DNA of 38,857 bases from Candidatus Kapaibacterium sp. (GTDB lineage: Bacteria > Bacteroidota > Ignavibacteria > Kapaibacteriales > UBA2268), in contig JAQIDA010000318.1 in NCBI GenBank assembly GCA_027858275.1, positions 1 to 38,857 on the forward strand, read 5' to 3'. Position numbers and translations under genes: made by a program. The notes beneath the pieces were generated by a model that was given only the letters and a program-made list of their open reading frames with translations, did not search any database and was not told the origin of the DNA. Positions within the stretch are counted from its first letter, which is position 1; each line of letters opens with the position of its first letter. Positions 1 through 8,470 of this stretch are shown here, one piece after another.

Positions 1-15
1 ATATAATTGTTATTA

Positions 16-534
16 TTATTTATCTTTCTTGTTCATCTGATCATACTTCTCATTCAATCTCGTCACCATTGTCTCGTTGCGTCTGCGAACTTCGTTTGCC
101 TTGATTTCCCAAATTCTGCCTTTTAGCTCACAATAGATATTGAAAGCGGAAAATGCCATCGCGTCAATTCTTTGGAAAACCCCGATCATTTCGCAGAAGT
201 CAATTTCGTTGTCGGCTTTGTAGCTTTTTGTGATTATCAGCTTCAGATCGAAAATGAATGAAAGCGCTTGTGAAGGAGTGAAATCCTGTACTGCGCGCAC
301 TTGGATGATTTTTCTGAGCGGTTCGTCATAAGTTTTTGTCGATTGGCGTTCGACAACTGCTTCAAAAATCTGAGGTATCGCTTCGGAATAGATGAATCCC
401 ATCGGATTGGCAAACTGTTCTTTTTCGCCGAGAATAAATTTGCTGCCGTCGGTTGAGTACTGACCGGTTAGCATTTTAAGCCATTTGTCAGCTAAATCGG
501 CTTTATTCTTTTGAAGAAATGCTCTAACTCTCAT
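16..534 (-). CDS. RsbRD N-terminal domain-containing protein (stand-alone, 172 aa)
   Basis: ORF of 172 aa. The motifs FANPMG and IQVRAVQDFTPSQA match my recollection of the RsbRD_N family consensus. No STAS or other output domain is attached, and the C-terminal tail is charged. Confidence 0.55.
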   Translation of the reverse strand: MRVRAFLQKNKADLADKWLKMLTGQYSTDGSKFILGEKEQFANPMGFIYSEAIPQIFEAVVERQSTKTYDEPLRKIIQVRAVQDFTPSQALSFIFDLKLIITKSYKADNEIDFCEMIGVFQRIDAMAFSAFNIYCELKGRIWEIKANEVRRRNETMVTRLNEKYDQMNKKDK

Positions 535-821
535 ATTTTCTAATCCTGTTAAGTCAACACTAATAATAGTTCTTAGTTTGTGCTAAGTCATTGTGCGGTA
601 CATATATAAACACAGCTGACCCATGCAAAAAACAATATATTGAAAATTCTCTTTGCTTGTTGGTTTTTTGAGAACAATACCTATTATTTGTAACCTGTGT
701 GTGGTTTGTGGTTGATAAGAGCAAGTTCAAAAGTAAATCTATGAAAACCTAATTGCTTTTATTTAAGTCGGAGGTACTTTGGAGATAATAAAAACAATGA
801 AACCGGCTGTTTGATTTGCTC

Positions 822-849
822 AATAAATCAGTAGTTCTACTGATTTATT
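822..849. promoter_or_regulatory. Perfect 12-bp inverted repeat (AATAAATCAGTA-GTTC-TACTGATTTATT) upstream of the OmpA-family gene
   Basis: Read directly from the sequence. The right arm TGATTTATT recurs as a direct repeat at 861-869. No T-tract follows, so an operator or leader hairpin is more likely than a terminator. Confidence 0.3.
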
Positions 850-983
850 AGTATTTATATTGATTTATTTTCATAATTCATAAGAATAAGGGTTTTATTT
901 TGTATAAATTTTGTATATCTTGTGTTTTATTGTCATTGAAAGTCCAATCATATCTAACAATCAATTATCTATTGAGAGATATA

Positions 984-2393
984 GTGAAAATCGACAAATT
1001 TAAGAAGACATTCAATATCCCGGCATTATGCCTGTTTATTGCCCTGTTTTGTTTTCTTCCGCTTTCGACTGTTGCTGATGAAGTTGAGGATTCGTTGAGA
1101 CTTGCCGATCTTGAAGTAATTGATTATGATTTCTTTGCTAATAGTGATACGCTAAGCATAAGACGCTTGCCGACTTCATTTTGGTTTGGTGCTTTGTTCG
1201 GAACAAATTGGAGTGTGTTTTACGGCGATATTGAATTGCCTTTGATTGACAACGATCCTGATTTGCTCGGCAGAACAATAGATTTTCGTACCGGTGTTGG
1301 AGACGGAATATTTTTTGGCGCAACGGCTGAATGGTTGCCGCCTCTAAGTGATTGGGGCGGAATTCTTCGCCTTTTCTTCTATGACCGAAAATCCGGTTTG
1401 ACTGATACAGATCCGGAAAATGACGATCAGGAAACCCATTATACATTGGAATCAGAATATTTATATTTAACACTTCAACCGACAGTTCGATATGATATCA
1501 AGAATTTAGGCGGATTTCATTTGTACGGCGGCTTGGATCTTGAACTATTATTGACCTCTGATGTCCGACGAATTAAACATTTTAAAAACACTGCTGCTAT
1601 TACTTGGGAAACCCTGCAAACGGTTAAGCCGACCAGTTTTAGATTCGGCGCGAATTTTGGGGTTGGTTATGACATATACTCCTTGGACGCACAACATAGT
1701 ATGAGAGTTTTCCTTACTCCTTTTGTTAGTGTTCATACAGGCACTAATGTGTTTTCACATGAAATATTCGGTCGAACCTCTGATCGCAATACAATTTATC
1801 TTCGTACGGGATTCGCGTTGCGTTTTACAAACGACATTGCTAAATATGACACATTGAAATTCAACCCGAGTTATGTTGTCCCTCCGGAAAAACAATCGGT
1901 TTTAGCGTTCGAAACAGAAGTGGTCTTCCCGAATCCGCCTCCGTTTGAAAAAATACCTACTGAAGAAATTGTCAGGGTGGAACGTCCCGTTCTCGATACA
2001 ATAGAACCATCTGTGAAGTTTGAAGAACCGCCGGAAGAACCGCCGGAAGAACTCGTTGTGATTCCGAACAAGAAGAAGGTCCTGTTTTTTGACAAGACCC
2101 TTGGTACCAGGGATAAAGAATACTTGGACGTTTTAGTTGAATATCTTAGTTCTAACCCCAAACTGAATGTTCGTATTGTCGGCCACTCAGATAACACAGG
2201 AACTTTGGCTCAAAACAAAGATCGATCTGATGTGCGTGCAGAACAAGTTTTCCGCTATTTAGATGAGAAAGGTATTTCTCGCGGCAGATTGTTTAAACGT
2301 GGAGTCGGCTCAATTTATCCTAACGAAACAAACCTTACCGATCAAGGACGTCGGAAAAACAGAAGAGTTGAAGTTATTGTCATCGGCAGATAA
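984..2393 (+). CDS. OmpA-family outer membrane protein (N-terminal barrel-like region, Pro/Glu linker, C-terminal OmpA peptidoglycan-binding domain)
   Basis: The C-terminus VRIVGHSDNTGTLAQNKDRSDVRAEQV...RRKNRRVEVIVIG is a canonical OmpA_C motif. The EPPEEPPEE linker is encoded by a 12-bp tandem at 2022-2051. I prefer the in-frame GTG at 984, which gives a signal peptide KIDKFKK..LFCFLPLSTVA-DE. The ORF-track TTG at 900 adds an implausible 28 aa. Confidence 0.85.
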   Translation: MKIDKFKKTFNIPALCLFIALFCFLPLSTVADEVEDSLRLADLEVIDYDFFANSDTLSIRRLPTSFWFGALFGTNWSVFYGDIELPLIDNDPDLLGRTIDFRTGVGDGIFFGATAEWLPPLSDWGGILRLFFYDRKSGLTDTDPENDDQETHYTLESEYLYLTLQPTVRYDIKNLGGFHLYGGLDLELLLTSDVRRIKHFKNTAAITWETLQTVKPTSFRFGANFGVGYDIYSLDAQHSMRVFLTPFVSVHTGTNVFSHEIFGRTSDRNTIYLRTGFALRFTNDIAKYDTLKFNPSYVVPPEKQSVLAFETEVVFPNPPPFEKIPTEEIVRVERPVLDTIEPSVKFEEPPEEPPEELVVIPNKKKVLFFDKTLGTRDKEYLDVLVEYLSSNPKLNVRIVGHSDNTGTLAQNKDRSDVRAEQVFRYLDEKGISRGRLFKRGVGSIYPNETNLTDQGRRKNRRVEVIVIGR

Positions 2394-2574
2394 CGTTTCT
2401 TTTCCCCAACAGAACTGAATATACTATTATTTTATATCGGTCATTTAATATGGCACGATTATTTCTATGTGTAATAGCGATTGCATAAGAGGCAGAGGCA
2501 AAACCAAAGAGCCGAAAATCTCGAATGCCGGAAAAGATAAATAAAACATATTATAAATATTTCTGGGGAAGCTT

Positions 2575-2961
2575 ATGACTACTAATGAAAACCCGGTATG
2601 CATAATTGAGGACAACTTGATTAACAGAAAAATATTCACTCAAATGTTGAAATATGGCGGTTTCTCGTCAGTTGATTTCCAACAGGGAGCTGATGCAATT
2701 GAGTGGATGAAAGAACATACACCCTCCTGTGTTGTTTTGGATATACTTATGCCGAAACTTAGCGGTGAAGAAATTCTTAAATTAATCAGAGCTCTGCCCG
2801 AAGGTGATAAAATCCCTGTTGTAGCTGTAACTGCCTTAGTCCAAGAAACAGAAGTCAACAAATTTCTACAACAAGGCTTCGACGGATTTATTCCCAAACC
2901 TGCTAATCTGACAACTTTTGCAAACGAAGTCCGCGAGGTAATAGACAAGAAGAAATTATAA
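2575..2961 (+). CDS. Single-domain response regulator (CheY-like receiver)
   Basis: 128 aa. It has the acidic pocket IIEDN, the phospho-acceptor context VVLDILMP, the conserved T in VAVTA and the conserved K in FIPKP. There is no output domain. Confidence 0.9.
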   Translation: MTTNENPVCIIEDNLINRKIFTQMLKYGGFSSVDFQQGADAIEWMKEHTPSCVVLDILMPKLSGEEILKLIRALPEGDKIPVVAVTALVQETEVNKFLQQGFDGFIPKPANLTTFANEVREVIDKKKL

Positions 2962-3034
2962 TTATCTTGTCGGTTTGCTGAATGTAAAAAGTAATATTTA
3001 AATAAAAATATAACGATTAATCTACGGAAAGAAA

Positions 3035-5227
3035 ATGGGAAAGTATAAAGTGGATTCTTCCACAACGAAGAAAATTGCTGATCAGAAAAAAAAGCAACCG
3101 CGCTTCATTATGAAGTTATCAAAAACATATCCTGCTTTTATTATACTGGCGGCATTTATTGCTTTGAGTTTTTTGGTTTGGGATCTTTCTGAAAAGCAGG
3201 TATACTCCGATCGGCAATTGGAATTTGACAAGGCTACAATATCAGTTATGTCCAGATTTGAATTGCAACACCAGACTAATTTGCACATTTTGCACTCAAT
3301 GACGGGTCTGTACGATCAATTAGTTCAAGTAGTACAGGATTATTTCCATCTGTACGGCTCCATACCTACCAAAACATACCCATCGATATATAGCTTAATG
3401 TATGCTCCGATAGTTTCCGGTGACGGACTTGATGAATTCATTTATAATGCCCGTTCAGGCGGTTCTTATGATTACGACGTTTATCCGGTCGGCAAACGAG
3501 ATCTATATATCCCTATTGAAATTGTTGAACCCATGGAACCAAACAAGATAATGAGCGGGTTCGATTTAGGAACAAAACCTTTAATTAAGGCTGCGATTTT
3601 TAAATCTCGAGACAGTAACAAAGTTGTAGCTTCGTCGATTTTTACAATGAGACAACCTGACGTGCTCGGTTTTTATTTGGTCGCGCCGGCCTATAATCTA
3701 AATTCTGATCCAAAAACAAAAGAACCGGATCATACACCCGCGAATTTCAAAGGTGCGGTAATAATGGAAGTTAATTCGGAATTGTTTTTCGAAGGAGCGA
3801 TGGGTACAGGTTTGGTAGGAGACTCAAGCATTATTTGTCAATGTTTTGAGTATACAGATAGTGGCAAGGTTCATTTGTTGTGGGAATCTAAAAACGCCCG
3901 ACAGTTATCACAGGCTTATAATCCGCTTAGCAAAGATATGATATTGGATATATCCGACAGGGCGTTCTTGATTAGATTTTCAACTGTTCCAAGTTTCGGC
4001 GGCGGATTTCAGAACGTTTTACCGATTCTCGCGTTTACAACTTCTTTGATTGTGTCATTTATTGTGTTCGCGTTTTTTATGTCAATCATCACCAGCCGTA
4101 CTCGAGCTATAGAGCTTGCCGAAAGGATAACCAGATCGCAACGCAGAATTGTTGATTCATCAGCTGATATTATTGCTACACTTGATAGTTCAGGGACTTG
4201 GGAGACAATGAATCCGGCATCAACAACAATTTTTGAATTAGAGCCGGCCGATATGATCGGGACAAAAATTGATGATCTGTTCGAAGAAGAGGAAGAAGCG
4301 GAAAAGTTTTATAAAGACATGGCCTCAAAAGGTGATAATCATACCGAACGTGTTACTTATCGGATGAAAACTGCCGGCAAAGATTTGAAGTGGATAAATT
4401 GGAGTTTCAACATATCAAAAGCCGGGCATCAAATCTACTGTATCGGTCGTGATGTGACAATCGAAAAAGCTGTTGAAGAACACGGTATTCTCAGAAACAA
4501 ACAGATCCGACTTTCAGAGCGATTTACTCGTGAATCCAGTGAATTGAAATCTTATTCGATGGCAAATCTTAATCATCAGATCAGGAACTCGCTTACGGGT
4601 ATTCTCGGTTCATTAAATCTTCTCTTGCACAAAGTTTATGATAACGACAGCGAACATGATTCGTATATTAATGATACTATAACAAACTCAGAGGAGTTGC
4701 TAACCTTCGTTTCCTCTGAACTTTTGGAATTTACTTCAGAAAATAAAGCTTATAAAGAATTGGCAATGATCAACGTAGGATCGATGTTCGAAAACGTCAA
4801 GACCGTACTAAAGACAAAATGTCCGAATACTACGATAAATTTCAATATGCCAACGGTTTTAAATGAAACAACAATCCTGGCTGAGAACGAATTGTTCCAC
4901 CATGCTGTCAAAGAAATTATTATGTCAATGGCAGTCGGCTTGAAAGAGTTGAATCTTGATATTTCTGTTGTTGACAATCCACTTGAGGACTTAACTGAAA
5001 TCACAATGGTCAGCAAAGGCAATCCGCTCCTTGCAGAAATGATAAGCATCTACAAAAAATATCGCAATGATTTGGTTAATGCACTAGAGTATGATCAGAA
5101 TGATATTATTCTAAATAATTCAGGAGCTTCTTCGAATATTCACATTTTGCGAGGTACGTTCTCAGTAGAAACTCTTGGCGGCGAGGAAGAAAATATGGTT
5201 CAGATCGCATTACATAACAAACCATAA
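3035..5227 (+). CDS. CHASE-TM-PAS-HisKA sensor histidine kinase-like protein with a degenerate catalytic (HATPase) region
   Basis: An N-terminal TM segment is followed by a CHASE-like periplasmic domain (..IVEPMEPNKIMSGFDLGTKP...GFYLVAPAY), a second TM segment, a PAS domain (IIATLDSSGTWETMNPAS...IGRDVT) and an H-box (NLNHQIRNSLTGILG). The last ~140 aa lack recognisable N, G1 (DxGxG) and G2 boxes. An alternative start is the ATG at 3110. Confidence 0.75.
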   Translation: MGKYKVDSSTTKKIADQKKKQPRFIMKLSKTYPAFIILAAFIALSFLVWDLSEKQVYSDRQLEFDKATISVMSRFELQHQTNLHILHSMTGLYDQLVQVVQDYFHLYGSIPTKTYPSIYSLMYAPIVSGDGLDEFIYNARSGGSYDYDVYPVGKRDLYIPIEIVEPMEPNKIMSGFDLGTKPLIKAAIFKSRDSNKVVASSIFTMRQPDVLGFYLVAPAYNLNSDPKTKEPDHTPANFKGAVIMEVNSELFFEGAMGTGLVGDSSIICQCFEYTDSGKVHLLWESKNARQLSQAYNPLSKDMILDISDRAFLIRFSTVPSFGGGFQNVLPILAFTTSLIVSFIVFAFFMSIITSRTRAIELAERITRSQRRIVDSSADIIATLDSSGTWETMNPASTTIFELEPADMIGTKIDDLFEEEEEAEKFYKDMASKGDNHTERVTYRMKTAGKDLKWINWSFNISKAGHQIYCIGRDVTIEKAVEEHGILRNKQIRLSERFTRESSELKSYSMANLNHQIRNSLTGILGSLNLLLHKVYDNDSEHDSYINDTITNSEELLTFVSSELLEFTSENKAYKELAMINVGSMFENVKTVLKTKCPNTTINFNMPTVLNETTILAENELFHHAVKEIIMSMAVGLKELNLDISVVDNPLEDLTEITMVSKGNPLLAEMISIYKKYRNDLVNALEYDQNDIILNNSGASSNIHILRGTFSVETLGGEEENMVQIALHNKP

Positions 5228-5263
5228 TTTTTGATTCTATATCGACTTAATTGATTTCAAAAA

Positions 5264-5296
5264 GTCTCTTCTCATTTTTCAGAGAAGAGGCTTTTT
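5264..5296. terminator. Bidirectional rho-independent terminator between convergent genes
   Basis: A 10-bp stem GTCTCTTCTC / GAGAAGAGGC (one G-U pair) is flanked by AAAAA on the left and TTTTT on the right. It is nested inside an outer 11-bp inverted repeat, AATTGATTTCA (5249-5259) / TGAAATCAATT (5307-5317). Confidence 0.7.
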
Positions 5297-5319
5297 ATTG
5301 TTGAGCTGAAATCAATTTG

Positions 5320-6066
5320 TCAGAATTTCAGCAAATCGCGCCATTTGCAGAAGAGATCCCAAGTAGCTTTTACGTCGCGCAGACAGTATTCGGAAATATC
5401 GTTGATTTTGCCGGCAGAGAAGAATTCCGCTACTTTCGATCCGTCGATCCCGCCGCCTTTGGGAGACGGGATGCCGAATGCTCTTGTGTAAAAATCAAAG
5501 TTGAATTTTTTGGTGGCTCCGTAGGTATACGAAGGACTGAAAAAACTCAGTTCATCAATGAGATCTGTATGCAGCATATAATTGAATTTTGTCCCTTGCA
5601 TCAGATTTTTACCGGGACGCATTCCGAGCAAAGCCGAACGAAGCATCACAAAGGGAGCATCGAAATTTCTGCCATTGAAAGATATCAAATGGCAGGGATC
5701 ATATTTAGCGAGAATTTTCCAAAACGCCTCGAACATTTTCTTCTCGTTATACAGGAAGCACTCATCACCTGTAGGGAGGATTACCGTTTCCTGATCGTCG
5801 TCGCCGAAGTTGTTGTCAACAGACAACGCCGCTCTTTTGATCATTTTATATCCGCCTTCGGCTTCGGGATCCGGAGCCATCAATTGCAGACCGATACAGA
5901 CGCACTGAGCAGTCATCGGAGTCAGTGCCATTTCGTTTTTACGTTTTTCTTTTTCTTCATCTGTTTCTTTGCGACGGAGAATATACTCTTGTTGTGATTC
6001 AGAAAAATCGTCCCATTGCATAGGAATTGTTTCGATGTCGAAAGCCAGAAAGTTAATCGGTTTCAT
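5320..6066 (-). CDS. Predicted 3'-5' exonuclease related to the PolB exonuclease domain (DnaQ-like fold)
   Basis: 248 aa with ExoI FDIET, ExoII ISFNGRNFDAPF and ExoIII YCLRDV motifs in the correct order and spacing. This resembles the stand-alone PolB-exo-like family. Confidence 0.75.
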   Translation of the reverse strand: MKPINFLAFDIETIPMQWDDFSESQQEYILRRKETDEEKEKRKNEMALTPMTAQCVCIGLQLMAPDPEAEGGYKMIKRAALSVDNNFGDDDQETVILPTGDECFLYNEKKMFEAFWKILAKYDPCHLISFNGRNFDAPFVMLRSALLGMRPGKNLMQGTKFNYMLHTDLIDELSFFSPSYTYGATKKFNFDFYTRAFGIPSPKGGGIDGSKVAEFFSAGKINDISEYCLRDVKATWDLFCKWRDLLKF

Positions 6067-6338
6067 AGAGTCTGCCCCGTGGATTGTATAAAAATCAGAA
6101 TTCTCAATTTCAACAGATCTGTTATTGCCGGTTATTCTAACAAGCGAGATTTTTCAATCGTGACAAACAGTTCTTAGGCCAATATAAGAAAAGGTGCTGA
6201 TATATCCGATTATTTCAGGGAATATTAAATATATTTGTTCTTAGAACGTTTTGAGTCTTTAATAAGGAGAAACGGCTTTATTCGAATTTATTTGTTAATA
6301 TATCGAGAGTTATACTTTTGAGAAACGCATCAGATATC

Positions 6339-7118
6339 ATGATAAAAGAAAATTTCAGGAAAATATACTTATTCGCCGGATTTATTGTTGCGGCATTAAT
6401 TCTCGGAGCCTGCGGTACGGTGGAGAACAAAGAAAATCAGACAGCTGAAACGGTGTTTAGCAAAGCGATGCAGGAATTCAAGGATGAAGATTATTTCGAA
6501 GCTCAGAAGTTATTCGATATGATGCGTCTTCAGTATCCGGCAAGTGATTATGCCGATGACGCTCAGTTTTATCTTGCCGAGACTAATTTCAAAAGAAAAG
6601 AATATATACTCGCTGCGTTTAATTACGGTCAGCTTCGCCGCGTGCATCCCCACAGCCCTTTCTATCAGAGATGTTTGTATCAAACAGCTCAGTGTTATGT
6701 GCAAATGTCTCCTAATTATGAGAGAGAGCAGGACTATACGTTGAAAGCTATCAGAACTCTGACTGAGTATCAAACTCTTTATCCCTCAGACACATCATAC
6801 GCTGAGGCTTCGAAACTGATCGAGACAATGCGTGATAAATTGGCCCACAGAGAATATGCTATTGCCTTATTGTATCTCAAGTTGCACAGTTATCATTCAT
6901 CGGTAATTTACTACGATTCTGTGATAGACAGCTATCCGGATTCTAAATATTTTGAGCTTTCATATTTTGGGAAAATTGATGCGTATTTCACGATGAAAAA
7001 ATATGAAGAAGCTCTCGGAGTGATAGATTTCTATAAAAAACTCTTCCCTAAAGGTAAATTTCTGAATGAAATCAAAGATATTGAAACAGAAATAGCTGCT
7101 GCGCAAAAAGAACAATAA
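6339..7118 (+). CDS. bamD: Outer membrane protein assembly factor BamD (TPR lipoprotein)
   Basis: Lipoprotein signal peptide MIKENFRKIYLFAGFIVAALILGAC. TPR-like repeats are rich in Y/A/E, with the YPxS(D/x)YA motif (YPASDYADDAQFYLAE, YPSDTSYAEA, YPDSKYFE) typical of BamD/YfiO. The ORF track starts at TTG 6318; I prefer ATG 6339. Confidence 0.8.
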   Translation: MIKENFRKIYLFAGFIVAALILGACGTVENKENQTAETVFSKAMQEFKDEDYFEAQKLFDMMRLQYPASDYADDAQFYLAETNFKRKEYILAAFNYGQLRRVHPHSPFYQRCLYQTAQCYVQMSPNYEREQDYTLKAIRTLTEYQTLYPSDTSYAEASKLIETMRDKLAHREYAIALLYLKLHSYHSSVIYYDSVIDSYPDSKYFELSYFGKIDAYFTMKKYEEALGVIDFYKKLFPKGKFLNEIKDIETEIAAAQKEQ

Positions 7119-7189
7119 AGACTGACAGCCGAAATAAATTAATCTTGTATTGAAACTATCTAATAACATATTATAAACACGGAAACAAA

Positions 7190-8407
7190 ATGAGCGAATC
7201 CGAGATAAACGAAAACTTTGAATCAGAAACAAATGAATCGGTTCTGCCCCCGGCAGAGAACGCGATTGTTTCGGATACGATAATTAACACTGAAGCCGCA
7301 GCAACTGCAACTGCTGAAACAGAGGAAGAAACAGCTCCTCAAAAGGCAGGTAAATTATATATCGTCTCGACTCATATCGGAAATCATGATGATATTACAA
7401 AGCGAGCACTTAATTCGTTAAAGTATTGTGATATAGTTGTATGCGAAGATCGCAAGCCCGGAGTATTTCTGCTCAAGACATATAGTTTGAATAAAGAAAT
7501 TAAATTCCTGAACGAGCAAAACGAAGATGATGCTACTCAGGAAATAATGGCTGATTTGCTGGCCGGCAAAAAAATATCGTTGATCTCGGATTGCGGAACA
7601 CCGGTATTTGCCGACCCCGGAGCACAACTTGTCAAAGCCGCGATTAGTCGCAACATTGAAATCGAAGTTGTTCCCGGAGCTTCCAGTATAATGACAGCTT
7701 TAGTTCGCAGCGGTTTTTCTCTTGACAAATTTACATACGGTGGTTTTTTAGATCGAGATCGACTTGTGAGAATCGAAGAATTGCGCAAATTATCCGAATT
7801 GCAGAATACCGTAGCTATATTGGAAACACCCTACAGATTGATGCCTATTTTGGAAGCGGCATCGAAAATTATGCCTGCCAGACAGGTCTACCTCGGATGT
7901 AATTTAACAATGTCTTTCGAATCGCATCATTACGGAACTTTTGAAGAATTGCTTGCGAAATTTGTTGAAAACAGATTCAAAGGAGAATTTGTTATTGTTT
8001 TCGAAGGTAATCGCAGCGGCTTGCCCGCAGTGAAATTCAGCGGTGGCAGCAGAGATTCTCGCGGCGGCGACAGACGAGACAATTATAGAAGCGGCGGACG
8101 GGACTTCAGGCGTGACGATCGACGAGATGACAGACGCGGCGGCGGACGTGATTTTAGACGAGACGACAGGCGGGATGACAGACGCGGCGGAGACAGACGA
8201 GAGAATTACAAAAGCGGCGGACGTGACTTCAAACGTGATGATCGACGCTCTGATTCAAGAAGCAGCGGCGGAAATTTCCGAAAGGATGACAGACGCGGTG
8301 ATTACAGAAGCGGAAGCAGTCGCGACTTTAGGCACGACGACAAACGGAACAGCTACAGAAGCAGTGATAATCGTGACTCCGACAATGAAAAGAACAAAGA
8401 AGATTAA
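7190..8407 (+). CDS. rsmI: 16S rRNA (cytidine1402-2'-O)-methyltransferase RsmI with an acidic N-terminal extension and a long Arg/Asp/Gly repeat C-terminal tail
   Basis: The core GKLYIVSTHIGNHDDIT..CEDRK..SDCGTPVFADPG..VVPGASS..GFL..ETPYRL..KGEFVIVFEG follows the RsmI (TP-methylase fold) pattern throughout. The first ~55 aa are acidic low complexity, and the last 122 aa are RD/RGG repeats. Confidence 0.85.
   Translation: MSESEINENFESETNESVLPPAENAIVSDTIINTEAAATATAETEEETAPQKAGKLYIVSTHIGNHDDITKRALNSLKYCDIVVCEDRKPGVFLLKTYSLNKEIKFLNEQNEDDATQEIMADLLAGKKISLISDCGTPVFADPGAQLVKAAISRNIEIEVVPGASSIMTALVRSGFSLDKFTYGGFLDRDRLVRIEELRKLSELQNTVAILETPYRLMPILEAASKIMPARQVYLGCNLTMSFESHHYGTFEELLAKFVENRFKGEFVIVFEGNRSGLPAVKFSGGSRDSRGGDRRDNYRSGGRDFRRDDRRDDRRGGGRDFRRDDRRDDRRGGDRRENYKSGGRDFKRDDRRSDSRSSGGNFRKDDRRGDYRSGSSRDFRHDDKRNSYRSSDNRDSDNEKNKED
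8039..8404 (+). repeat. Coding low-complexity tandem repeats (GGRDF[RK][RK]DDRR units, 5 copies) forming the RsmI C-terminal tail
   Basis: Protein-level repeats: SGGRDFRRDDRRDDRRG, GGRDFRRDDRRDDRRG, SGGRDFKRDDRRSDSR, GGNFRKDDRRGDYR, SSRDFRHDDKRNSYR. At the DNA level two near-identical ~48-bp units are visible around 8093-8190. Confidence 0.85.
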
Positions 8408-8470
8408 CATATCTTGCGGTGTTTTTCCTTTTGTTTCTGAATAACATGTAACATCTGAGAATATACGTCC

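Noticed and set aside
900-983. N-terminal extensions proposed by the ORF track (TTG 900 for the OmpA-like gene, 21561 for the first GT4, 32067 for the APC permease, 23851 and 6318 TTG starts)
   Set aside because: In each case an internal start gives a sensible signal peptide or the conserved N-terminal motif. The extension would run through a terminator-like or promoter-like region and adds residues with no family counterpart.
5317-5997. 226-aa ORF on the + strand lying fully antisense to the exonuclease gene
   Set aside because: It is a shadow ORF. The minus-strand frame carries clear ExoI/II/III motifs. The plus-strand translation has no recognisable motifs, an odd composition (poly-F tail, many Cys/Arg) and no upstream start context. 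A long antisense open frame is expected by chance opposite a real gene.
8043-8444. 133-aa alternative-frame ORF (Ala/Thr/Asp/Glu-rich) overlapping the RsmI repeat tail
   Set aside because: It stays open only because the GGC/GAC/AGA-rich repeat DNA lacks stop codons in that frame. It has no independent start context, and the main frame continues from the RsmI catalytic core.
8408-8470. Purine riboswitch upstream of adenine deaminase
   Set aside because: The spacer is only 63 nt. I could not find the conserved three-way-junction core or paired P2/P3 loops of the purine riboswitch.
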